Positions 41,916 to 51,777 are shown, numbered from the stretch's first letter. The stretch is DNA of 64,000 bases from an uncultured virus (IMG/VR IMGVR_UViG_2061766007_004243) (IMGVR_UViG_2061766007_004243); one strand, 5' to 3'. Numbers and translations: made by a program. Notes: a model not told the origin generated them from the letters alone.

Positions 41916-41974
41916 CCCGCCTGACGAGGCCGGACGGCGACCGGCCGAAACCGGGCACACTACCCGGTCGCGGG
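41916..41974 (+). ncRNA. Type I hammerhead ribozyme (second allele)
   Basis: Same core and stems, loops acggcga and cacacua; predicted cut after 41969. Confidence 0.92.
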
Positions 41975-42021
41975 AAGCCGCACACAATTACACAGGGCGA
42001 AAGCCCGGAAAGGAACACACC

Positions 42022-42255
42022 ATGTTTGACAACTACGAGGACAACTTCAGCGACGAGGCACAGTTTGACGAAACGACCCTGCAGAACGGGCTCATGGAGC
42101 TCATGAGCTACGGCTACGACAGCTCTGAAATCTGCTGGGAGAACCTGCGGGTGCGCACATACGAGGAGGCCGGGGTAATGACCTACGATAAGGGGCTTGT
42201 CATAACCACACCGGACGGTCAGGAATTCCAGCTGACCATCGTTAGGAGCATGTAA
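42022..42255 (+). CDS. Small acidic hypothetical protein (77 aa, cassette A)
   Basis: VRTYEEAGVMTYDKGLVI...DGQEFQLTIV; hairpin-SD leader. Confidence 0.8.
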   Translation: MFDNYEDNFSDEAQFDETTLQNGLMELMSYGYDSSEICWENLRVRTYEEAGVMTYDKGLVITTPDGQEFQLTIVRSM

Positions 42256-42302
42256 GGCTCCCAAATCAAGCAGGGCGCACAGCCCGGAAAGGAACACACA
42301 CC

Positions 42303-42551
42303 ATGAAGAAGTACATCGCCGTCATCACCGAGGATGACATCCGCTCCGGTTTCGAGGAAGCCGTGGCACAGCTGGAAGAAGACGGAGCCATCAGGTTCCC
42401 GGATACAGAATCCCGCACAGAGTTCATAAACGACTGCGTGAGCTGTGAAATCGACAGGTACGAGCTTTACGAGAGCGACCCATTCGCACACAGGCCGGAC
42501 TACGCCGTTGCGGTATTGGATATGGCCGGACTGTACGGATACACGCTCTGA
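42303..42551 (+). CDS. Small acidic hypothetical protein (82 aa, cassette B)
   Basis: Homolog of 30652..30900. Confidence 0.8.
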   Translation: MKKYIAVITEDDIRSGFEEAVAQLEEDGAIRFPDTESRTEFINDCVSCEIDRYELYESDPFAHRPDYAVAVLDMAGLYGYTL

Positions 42552-42589
42552 AATCAAGCAGGGCATCATGCCCGGAAAGGATACACACC

Positions 42590-42835
42590 ATGAAGTTCAT
42601 GGATCTTAACGACCGCAGGACTTACACACTCTCTGAAATCAAGAGGGACTGGTCACAACTCCGGAATCAGGAACCGGAGAATCACGCTCCTGATTTCAAG
42701 ACTGAGCTCTTCGAGATACTCATGGCCACAGTCAACGGCAGGAACGACCTCGAGGTCATCGGCCTCACACACAGGGAGACCGACAGGATCATCCGCCGCC
42801 TTCGCGCACAGCTGCTGAATCAGGCAGACCGTTGA
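42590..42835 (+). CDS. Small hypothetical protein (81 aa, cassette C)
   Basis: Homolog of 30092..30334. Confidence 0.8.
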   Translation: MKFMDLNDRRTYTLSEIKRDWSQLRNQEPENHAPDFKTELFEILMATVNGRNDLEVIGLTHRETDRIIRRLRAQLLNQADR

Positions 42836-42837
42836 CA

Positions 42838-42914
42838 CACGGGCACGCCGCTTAAGCGGCCCCGGCTGAGGGCTCACGAATCGAGCTGAGCCTTCACCCG
42901 GAGCCACTGGCTCA
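42838..42914 (+). ncRNA. Conserved three-hairpin intergenic RNA candidate
   Basis: gccgc-ttaa-gcggc; ccgg.tgagggct/agccttca.ccgg; agcc-act-ggct. Confidence 0.55.
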
Positions 42915-42946
42915 CGTATCTTTCAAATCAAGGAGGACACTCACAC

Positions 42947-43518
42947 ATGTGCATCATCTGCGTATCANNNNNNNNNNTCGCACCATGTTCCTCAGGAATC
43001 CCCACGGAGCCGGTTACATGTTCGCACGCAACGGGAAAGTACATATCCGCAAGGGCTTCATGAACCTCACCGCGCTTTCAAATGCGCTAAAGGTTGAGAA
43101 GTTCACGGACAACGACCCGGTCGTCTACCATTTCCGCATCAGCACGCAAGCGGGCATCAACCCCCAGATGACGCATCCGTTCCCGCTCTCAAATCAGCCG
43201 GCGCACATGAAAGCGCTGGATGTTGACTGCAGGTGTGGGATAGCGCACAACGGGATAATCGACATAACCACTGACCCGCGCAATCGTGAGTACAGCGACA
43301 CGGCCATATTCATTACGGATTACCTGACACGGATCATACGCAGACCGTCCGACCTTAAGGATGAACGGAGACTGGAGCTCATATACAAACTGGCCCAGTC
43401 CAAGTTCGCCATCATGGACGGCAAAGGCTACATTGCCACAATCGGAAGGTTCATAGATGAAGACGGACTTCTGTACAGCAACCTGAGCTACATACCCGCA
43501 TACGACTTACCGTTCTGA
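42947..43518 (+). CDS. Class II glutamine amidotransferase, copy 4 (gap near 5' end)
   Basis: AAGGAGG SD then ATG-TGC (MCIICV, N-terminal nucleophile Cys); NPHGAG, HFR, HNG. Confidence 0.9.
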
Positions 43519-43712
43519 CACAGCTTCCAAATCAAGAAGCGCGTTTTGCCGCCTGCGGGCGGCTTTTTTCGTCTCTCGCACGTGTTGGCTTGTACGNNNN
43601 NNNNNNNNNNNNNNNNNNNNNNNNNNNNNNNNNNNNNNNNNNNNNNNNNNNNNNNNNNNNNNNNNNNNNNNNNNNNGGGCTCTCCCCCACTGCTTCTAAA
43701 TCGAGTCGCGCG

Positions 43713-44243
43713 TTATTTGCTGAACCGCAGAGTGTCCTTGCTGATCTTCACGCCTTTGGATGTGCTTTTAAAACGCAGTACCAGCTCGCCTTCTGCCACT
43801 TTGTACACCGCGGAGAAGGGCCTCTCCATCATGAACGACAGCCCCGGGCAGCGCCTTAGCGCTTCCTTCCGGTACGGTTTGAAATCCGCGCCGGCTTTCT
43901 CCGCCAGCCACCGCACGTACAGTTCCTCAAGGATACGTGTCTGCTCTTTCTGTATCTGTGCCCAGGCTTCCTCGCCGGGAGTGTCTTTGAAATCGTCCCG
44001 GTGAGTTTTGTCATTGAACACCGCCCACTCCTCGATCGGCAGCGGGCTGTTCATGAATTGCAGCACACTTTCTGCGTTCCCACAATCCGGGCACACGAAA
44101 ATTCCATCGGCGTGTCTGCTTAGGGCGTTAGCGTAAAGCTTGGGCAGCATTGTATCCCTGCCGCATCTGGGGCAGGGCATGTGTTCGCCTGATTCCTGCC
44201 TGGCTCGTAAATCGAGCAGGGCTTTTCTGATATCCTCAGTCAT
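43713..44243 (-). CDS. Zinc-ribbon protein (complete copy)
   Basis: CPRCG...NALSR...CPDCG. Confidence 0.8.
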   Translation of the reverse strand: MTEDIRKALLDLRARQESGEHMPCPRCGRDTMLPKLYANALSRHADGIFVCPDCGNAESVLQFMNSPLPIEEWAVFNDKTHRDDFKDTPGEEAWAQIQKEQTRILEELYVRWLAEKAGADFKPYRKEALRRCPGLSFMMERPFSAVYKVAEGELVLRFKSTSKGVKISKDTLRFSK

Positions 44244-44323
44244 GTGTTTCATCCTCCTCGTCAATGGTTTTCACTTTGTCTTCTTTATCAGCTTGACGCG
44301 TGTGCCTGCAGGGNNNNNNNNNN

Positions 44324-44527
44324 GAAGGGTTGGTAACGAATTCGACCTGGATGACTTGGTAATATTCTCCTTTCCAGGGACATTCATCCAACTGTTTGAT
44401 TTTCGGCACTGAAAAGTCAAAAACACCGATAAGGCAATACCGTACAAAAGGCGACACCTCCGCATGGCTTTTGCCATACGACCAACCTTATCGTGCGGCT
44501 TTGCTAAAAAAGGGAGGAACCAAAAGA
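44324..44527 (+). ncRNA. Candidate structured leader of SH3b gene (complete allele)
   Basis: Runs from predicted +1 region to gggagg SD and ATG 44528 (MKRIL). Confidence 0.55.
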
Positions 44528-44594
44528 ATGAAACGAATCCTTTNNNNNNNNNNGGCTTTCCTGATCTGTTCAACTGTATTCTGTGACGGGAACC

Positions 44595-45263
44595 TCATTC
44601 ACCATCACCTGCTTCCAAATCGGCAGGGGCGTGTATCGTTTCGCGCTGCGCCCTGCGCCGGGAATTGACCCTTGCGATGTGCGCGTCCAGCTGTGCCTTG
44701 CTCTTGAATGCGGCGTAGCCCTTCAGGTGTCCGGTGAGCAGGCGTCTGTGCGCGCTGTGCTCCGGTCCGGCCATGCCCAGCTGATTGAGGAAACTGTAGC
44801 AGTAATACTTCATCTCATCCTCAGCCGGGTCAACGAGCTTACGGCTCACATTTCCCGCGCTTCGGGCACGCTCCAGAATGCGGTCCAGCAGCCGCGCGTA
44901 GATCACGATCTCATCCTGCGTATGCTCCGCACCCGGTACTGTTATGCCCAGGCTGTCGCTGGTCAGCTGTATCCCTTTGACCATACCCACACGGATCTCG
45001 TTCTGTACCAGCTCCGAAATACGCTCGAGGGTATCGGGCTTTTCATCGTCCAGCAGGTCGATCAGTTCTTCATCGATGTATATCTCGCCGTTTTGGATCA
45101 TGGCTGCCAGGAGTTTCTGGCGCGCGTACAGTACCCTGATCAGGCTGCGCATGGCTTTGGGAGTCATATTACCAATGGATATGCTGATATCCAGGCGGTC
45201 GGGCTGCGTGGGTTCTGGCGGCATATTGACTGCTTCGTGGTTCTGTGTTCTTGCTCTCGGCAT
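44595..45263 (-). CDS. Homolog of the 27149-27860 protein lacking its N-terminal domain (second allele fragment 45315-45470)
   Basis: LYARQKLL, KYY.YSFLNQLG, GHLKGYAAFK; AGGAGG SD. Confidence 0.75.
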   Translation of the reverse strand: MPRARTQNHEAVNMPPEPTQPDRLDISISIGNMTPKAMRSLIRVLYARQKLLAAMIQNGEIYIDEELIDLLDDEKPDTLERISELVQNEIRVGMVKGIQLTSDSLGITVPGAEHTQDEIVIYARLLDRILERARSAGNVSRKLVDPAEDEMKYYCYSFLNQLGMAGPEHSAHRRLLTGHLKGYAAFKSKAQLDAHIARVNSRRRAQRETIHAPADLEAGDGE

Positions 45264-45545
45264 TTGAATTTCCTCCTGTTACTATATATTTGCCCCATGT
45301 TCGTNNNNNNNNNNCGCCAGAAGCTTCTGGCGCGCGTACAGTATCCTAATCAGGCCGCGCATGGCTTTGGGTGCCATCTCTCCAATGGATATGCTTATAT
45401 CCAGGCTGTCAGGCTGAACTGGCTCCGCGGGAGTAGTTTCAGCTTGGGCTTGGTTTCTGCTTCTCGGCATTTGAATTTCCTCCTGTTACTATATATTTGC
45501 CCCATGTTCGTGGCAGCCAGCCACAGGCGAGGGACATCTCATTGC

Positions 45546-47124
45546 CTAAGCTGTACAATGGGAGGGCAATGGCCTGACGAATTCCTCCAAGAGCATCACG
45601 CTCGTTTGGAAGTCAGTCAGCCGGCCTTCCCGTTGTGCAGCGTTCGATTTGTGCAGGTAGAGCACCCATAAGGGGCACTCGAGTCAGCGAACAGATAGAA
45701 TCGGCGATGGGTAAAGGCGGTTCGCCATTGTANNNNNNNNNNCAACACATCGGGAGGATTCAACATGTTCGCAGTAGGAGTCGATGTTTCCAACGGCAGA
45801 AGCACAGTCGCTGTACTTGGAGCCAGGAGAACAGTGGTGGTGAGGCCGTATGAGGTTCCACACACAGCGGATGGTTTTGCCGAGCTGACGGCAAGGCTCA
45901 ATGATCTGGATGGCGAGGTCAGGATCGTCATGGAGCATACCGGGCGGTACTATGAATCGTTAGCCATGAGTATGTACCGGGCAGGCTTCTTTGTGTCTGC
46001 CGTGAACCCTCTGGCTATCAAGGATTACCAGGAGGGGATCAGCGTCCGGAAGGTGAAGACCGACAAAGCAGACGCCCTGAAGATCGCCCAGTTTGCCATT
46101 GACAAATGGGAGATCCTGCCGCAGTATAGTCCCATGGATACGATTCGCTACGACCTCAAGACCATTCACCGGCAGTTCCAGCTGTCCTCCAAGACCAAGA
46201 CCGCGCTGAACAACAATCTGATCGCTCTGTTGGAGCAGAGCTACCCCGGCGCGAACAGGTACTTCGACAGCCCGGTCCGGCCGGACGGCAGCCAGAAATG
46301 GGTGGACTTCGCAGACACCTTCTGGCACGTGGACTGTGTGGCCAAGGTCAGCCGAAAGACTTTTACGGAGCGGTACCGGAAGTGGTGCAAGCGTCACGGA
46401 TACAACTTCTCCGAAGCCAAGGCTGTCGAAATTCACGAGGATGCCAGGCAGAAGTTCCCGCTAGTACCCAAGTCCGACACCTGCAAGCTTTTGGTCAAGG
46501 AAGCTGTTAGCCAGCTCAACGCTGTTTCCCGCACGGTGGAAACCTACCGCGCTGAGATGGATCGCCTGGCCTCTCAGCTTCCGGAATACGAGACTGTCAT
46601 GGCCATGACCGGCGTGGGCAAGTCCATGGGACCGCAGTTGATGGCAGAGATCGGCGACCTTCGCCGCTTTGCGCACCAGAAGTCTCTGGTAGGCTTTGCC
46701 GGCACCGATCCGATCAAGGATGATTCCGGCGACAAGGTTTCCGACAGCAANNNNNNNNNNGCGCGGTTCTCCTTACCTTCGCAAGACGCTCTTTGTTATC
46801 ATGACGATCCTGCTGCAGCTTCAGCCCCCGGACGATCCTGTCTACCAGTTCCTGGACAAAAAGCGCTCCGAGGGCAAGCAGTACTATGTGTACATGACTG
46901 CCGGCATGACCAAGTTCCTGCGCATCTACTACGGTAGGGTCCGTGATTGTCTCAAAGAGAAAGGTCTCTGGGAGCAGCCCTCTGTTGATGAGGTCAACCC
47001 TGGTTGACAGGGGTTGGGAACCAACCCCTTGACTGTCCATGAGCATAGACAGCACGACGAGTCAAGGATGCCGTAGGCACGGCCGAAGGCCGCTTGTCCT
47101 TGACGCGGCGGGATGGCTGTGCTA
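45546..47124 (+). mobile_element. IS110-family insertion sequence with long structured left end
   Basis: DEDD recombinase plus ~200-nt structured upstream region; shared CTA core at 45546-45548 and 47122-47124 (ends inferred). Confidence 0.7.
45765..47007 (+). CDS. IS110-family recombinase/transposase (frame broken only at gap 46751-46760)
   Basis: VGVDVS, MEHTG.Y, VNP, KTDKADA, GVG, AEIGD..RF, DSG, RGSPYLR. Confidence 0.92.
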
Positions 47125-47134
47125 NNNNNNNNNN

Positions 47135-47716
47135 CTTGCCGTGCAGGCCGCCGCCGGTGACAGAATCACCCATGTCGCTGCCCAGCTTGCGGTTCACCGC
47201 GCCGGTGTCCACGTCAGTGCCACCGGTCCAGGGTCCCAAAGGATTGACCTCGGCCTTTGGATACAGGTTCTGAATGTGCCTTGTCATGGCGTTGCTCTGG
47301 CATATGACCAGCCTGTCTCCGTCAAGTATGTACTTTCCGTCATAGGGAAACAGCTCGTAAATGCGGCGGGCGATCCTGCTGAGCCGTTTCTGTTCGGCGG
47401 TCACCGGCACGCCCCGGAAGATGCCGTTGTCTCCGCAGCGCAGGCCCTGCTTCTGGTTATCCGCCAGGTGTTCGTCCTGCGGCAGCTGCTTAAGATTCAC
47501 GCGCACGCTGCCGGCTATGCGGCGCACCGCCATGTACACTTCCTTTTCCGGAAGCATGACCGAAGTCTCGCAGATGATGTTGCACACGCCGTGGCCGATG
47601 AGAACTTCAACAGCTATACGCGGATGTGCCGCTTTTCTGTACGCCATGTCTACCAGCGCGCCGGCAATGCGGTCGGCGATTTTGTCAACATGCTGAGGGT
47701 TTACTTTTTCGAACAT
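47135..47716 (-). CDS. metK: Short phage-type SAM synthetase, second copy, 3' end in gap
   Basis: MFEKVNPQHVDKIADRI; homolog of 23485. Confidence 0.85.
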
Positions 47717-48225
47717 ACAGAATACTCCTTGCTTTTTATTCTTCCTCGTTGGAACCCGGTTGCGCACCATCTCTCAACATCTTCTTTATATACATATCTC
47801 TCAAGTATACCATTATTAATCCATCTTCTACGCGCGGTATCAGCTTTGAAAAAAGCACGCAAATCAATGGAAACCTTTCGATTTCGGTTTGCATCCCCAA
47901 TTCTTCGCTTGACAGTTCCATAATTCAAGTTATGAAGATGTGTGCACCACTCAAGATTCTCAACATTATTGTTTTCTTTATTCTCATCAAGGTGATTCAC
48001 TTCTGGAAAATGGTTTGGATTAGGTATAAACGCTTCAGCAACAAGCCTGTGGATCAAATGATTTCTTTTGGAGTTTCTGAGCCATAAGCACACCCTTAGA
48101 TATCCATTTCTTTGGCGATCCCCTTTTAAAACATGTGGTGCCTTTTTGACACTACGAACTTTGCCCGTATTGGAGACTTGATAGTGGCCTTCATAGCCTG
48201 CTACATCTCTCCATTCAGTTTCCAT
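47701..48225 (-). CDS. NUMOD4-HNH homing endonuclease
   Basis: EWRDVAGYEGHYQVSNTGKVRS (NUMOD4); IHRLVAEAF, VNHLDENK.NN...NLEW. Confidence 0.92.
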   Translation of the reverse strand: METEWRDVAGYEGHYQVSNTGKVRSVKKAPHVLKGDRQRNGYLRVCLWLRNSKRNHLIHRLVAEAFIPNPNHFPEVNHLDENKENNNVENLEWCTHLHNLNYGTVKRRIGDANRNRKVSIDLRAFFKADTARRRWINNGILERYVYKEDVERWCATGFQRGRIKSKEYSVCSKK

Positions 48226-48317
48226 TCACCGCTCCTATTAACAGAAGTACAGATATGCATATGAAAAGGACCCTGCTTTCTTAAGCAGAGTCCTCTCCTG
48301 ATCTTCAACATGATACC

Positions 48318-48371
48318 ATTATAGCACCCCTTGTAGTCACATTTAGTACCATCAAAGTGCCATTTAGTTCC
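48318..48371 (-). promoter_or_regulatory. Late promoter with two 11-bp direct repeats
   Basis: gg(a/t)actaaatg at 48361-48371 and 48340-48350 (21-bp period) upstream of TGcTATAAT. Confidence 0.65.
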
Positions 48372-48374
48372 AAA

Positions 48375-49862
48375 TCAGGCTGTTTTTATGTTAAGATTCT
48401 GATTTATTTCTTCGGAATCTATCCAGAACCTTGCGCCGGCGTTCCTCATGTACCTTTTCGCCCTTTTGAATTGAGCGGCAATGTCCTCGGGGAGGTTTAT
48501 GTCCCGGCCCCGAGCCCTGGAAGCGGCCCTGTAAGACGCGATCTCCTCATTGACGTGATCGCCCGTGATGTACACATACCTGACGTCCGCCTGTCCGCTC
48601 AGCTGGTAGGCCACGTAATACCTGTCCAGCCACAGTACGCCGTTATCGTTTGCCATCACTACGGGCTGGGGAAACTTCCCGGACATCTCGCTGATCATTT
48701 TCGAATAGTCCGGTGTGCGCAGGCGGTGCCTTGCGGCGATCTCCCTGGCTATCTTATACACTTCTATGTTGCTCAGCAGGCCTTCATCATTTTTCTTCAT
48801 ATTCCCCTCCCCCGTCCAGTATCCGTTCCACCAGCTGCAGCGCGTCTCTGTGCAGCCGGAACATATGTGTTCTGCTCAGGCCCATTATCTCGCGTATCTC
48901 GTTCCAGGGCTTCATGCACAGGTACCTAAGCTCCAGCAACGTCTGGCATGAGATATCCGGCACCTGGTCTATGACGTCGGCGATATCCTTACGGATGGCT
49001 ACCAGCTCATCCACCGTGTTTCTGAGCTTCATTTCCAGTTCGCTGATACGNNNNNNNNNNATTGATGAACTTTCTTTGAGGTCTATCCAGAACTGTTCAT
49101 CGTTCTCTTTCATCTGCCTTCGGGCCGTACGAAACTGCCTTTCAATATCAGGAGGCAGGTGTACCGCGATCCCGCGCGCTTTCCCTGCTGCCCTGTAGGA
49201 TGCTGTCTCCTCATCGATATGGCGGCTTGTGATATATACGTACCTGACGTCAGCCTCCCCGCTCAGCTGGTATGCTACATAATACACGTCTACCCAGAGA
49301 CTGCCTTTTTCATTCGCCAGCAAATAGGGCTGGGGAACCTTGCCGCGCGCGTTCTGCCGGAACACCGCGAGATCAGGGCGTGGAAATCCATATCTGTCAG
49401 CGAGATGCGCGGCTATGTCCCAAACCTCCTGAAGATTCAGGTGTGCGCCTTTATCTGCCTTCATGAAGCTTCTCTCCTCTGCTCTCGCAATACGGTTTCG
49501 ACCGCTGACAGGGCTTTACTGTGCAGGTGAAACACCTGAGAGCTTCGCAGTTTCATCATGTCGCATATTTCGCCCCACGGCTTCATGCACAGGTACCTGA
49601 GCTCCAACAGCGTCTGGCATGAGATATCCGGCACCTGATCTATAACGTCGGTGATCTCCTTACGGATGGCCACCAGCTCATCCACCGTGTTTCTGAGCTT
49701 CATTTCCAGTTCGCTGATACGCGCTATGCTGTCCGCCATGCTGTCGGTATTGCGGGAGCGGGATACAGCCTCCCTGCCGTAGGACGCGGTCACCCTCTCG
49801 GCGAGCGCTCTTAACCTATATATCTGCTCATTTTTGTTAGCGATCCGCGTTTCCAGCCTGTA
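48375..49862 (-). CDS. Two alleles of the DUF1492 activator + WVDRYYVAY-family gene pair (48375-48800, 48787-49050, 49061-49464, 49461-49862)
   Basis: LELRYLCMKPW.EI; homology to 22001-22824. Confidence 0.75.
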
Positions 49863-49872
49863 NNNNNNNNNN

Positions 49873-50184
49873 CGATCCGACCGAACTGACCATGACAAAT
49901 GCGCTGGTCACCTACACCGACAGCAATGCGGTACTCGTCCTGTTTACCTGCGGTAAGGGTTTCACAGCCTATAACATCGGTCCTGACGGAAGTGTGCAGT
50001 GGCAGCTGAATGACGAGCAGGCGCAGTCTGTCGGCGCCGGCATCTGCTATGCTGTGCAAAGCGACGGCGTGTTCTACGTGATAGGCTACTATTCATCCGT
50101 ACTGACCGCAATCTCCCCCGACGGCAGATTCCTTTGGGAATGCAGTTGCGACGACGAGAATATTTATTGGCCTTATTACATCGA
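49873..50184 (+). CDS. Beta-propeller-like internal fragment, probably middle of the SH3b protein
   Basis: AYNIGPDGSVQW, TAISPDGRFLW repeats; isolated between gaps. Confidence 0.45.
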
Positions 50185-50194
50185 NNNNNNNNNN

Positions 50195-51621
50195 TGAGTA
50201 GTACTTAAGGGAAATGGCCAGCTGCTCCCTGTAGGGTCTCTGCCTTATCTGCTCGTAGGTTCGATCCACGTCTTCTCTGTGCCGGCTGACGCCCTTGTAG
50301 AACGCGCACTTGTCGAACCCGGGACAGCCTCCCGTGAGCGCTGTGCATTCAGGATATCCGCCGCCGCTTACGTCCGCGGGTATGTACGCGAAGCATGTCT
50401 CCAGGGATGTGTGTCTCCGGCTGGTGTTCGTACCATCCGGCGGGAACAGCCCCCGTCTGCGCATGCGTTCCTTAAGTCTCTCCTCGCGTATTATATTGGA
50501 TATGGCCTCGCCCGCCGTGGGGTCGGGGTATCCGTCTCCGTTCCTNNNNNNNNNNGTGCTGATCTGTGTGCCGAGCTCGGTTTCGGCCTCCGTAAGCTTC
50601 ACAATCGCGTCCTCCAACGAATGAACGTTTCGCGTCCGCGACACCACTTCGCTGCCATAGGATGTGGTCACGGTCTCCGCCAGTGAACGGATGGATTCGA
50701 TCTGCTGCAGCTTGCTCCTGATCCGCTGTTCAAGGCGGTAGGCCTGGCTGAGGAATTCTTTTGCCGTCATACACTCACCCCCGTATTGTAAGTTCCTGTG
50801 CTGAATGAATTGTTCTGCGTGACTGCTCTATACGGCACCTCGTTTACATCCACCCATATCTGGCAGCCTTTGGCAAGCATCTCCCCGCGCGCGCGTTTGA
50901 ACTGTCGCAGGATACCGTTCGAAGGTTTAAAATCCTCACCGCGCAGTTTTGACGCATGCTTGTAACCGGATATTTCTTCAAGCACATGATGCTTGGCGAT
51001 ATACACATACTTGACCTCGGCCATGCCGTCCAGCTGATAAGCCACATAGTATCTGTCCACCCACATGCGTCCGTTGTTACTGTCAAGAATTATGGGCTGA
51101 GGAATCTTGCCGGACATCTCGCTCCGCATTCTGCAATAATCCGGCAGTCGAAGCCCGTACTTTCTGGCGATGTACTTTGCGATATTGAACACCTGCATTG
51201 CGTTCAACGATTCCATTTCGTTTATGTTCATTTTGTCCTCCTGTTATTACCGGCGACAGCAGCCGTGCGCGCAGCGGTCTTTTTTGCTTTCTGGCCTGCC
51301 TTGCGGCGCTTTGCTTTGGCTGCCCGCTTCTGCTCCCTCATAATGTTTGCTATAGCCTGTCCCGCGGTGGGATCGGGGTATCCTTCACTGTTTCTGTACA
51401 CCCTTATCACCATCCTTGCTCTTGTCTTCGATGTACACGATCAGCGCCATACCCAGTTTTTTTGCCAGCGGATGCTCGTGCCACTTGCGGATCAGCGCCA
51501 TCAGATCCTCACCGGCTTTGCGCCAGAATTCCTCGCAGCCGGGATTGTGGATCGTGGGCGGGTTGTCGTATGTTTTCAGGTAATTCCAAAGATCCCTGAA
51601 TATCGCTTTCTCGGTTTCCAT
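50195..51621 (-). CDS. Late-early gene run: DPP/GC.EFW protein (51385-51621), short DPTA protein (51228-51413), WVDRYYVAY protein (50767-51231), DUF1492 N-terminus (50556-50770), DPTA/Cys fragment (50195-50545)
   Basis: Homology to 21343-22824; overlapping stop/start codons. Confidence 0.75.
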
Positions 51622-51777
51622 TACACTTTCACCTCCGCTTTCACAGCTTCAATCAGCGCCTCTTGCACTCTGTCCTTCTCGGACAGCGCCTTCAGCACCC
51701 TCGAATCTACAGTNNNNNNNNNNTGTATGTTTTCAGGTAATTCCAAAGATCCCTGAATATCGCTTTCTCCGTTTTCA

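Noticed and set aside
41755..41974. Tandem (dimeric) hammerheads implying a circular RNA or retrozyme
   Set aside because: A 10-N gap separates the copies and each follows its own amidoligase 3' end, so they are alleles, not a tandem pair
44324..44527. T-box or c-di-AMP/c-di-GMP riboswitch assignment for the SH3b leader
   Set aside because: No UGGNACC T-box bulge and no ydaO or GEMM consensus blocks in the correct order; left unassigned
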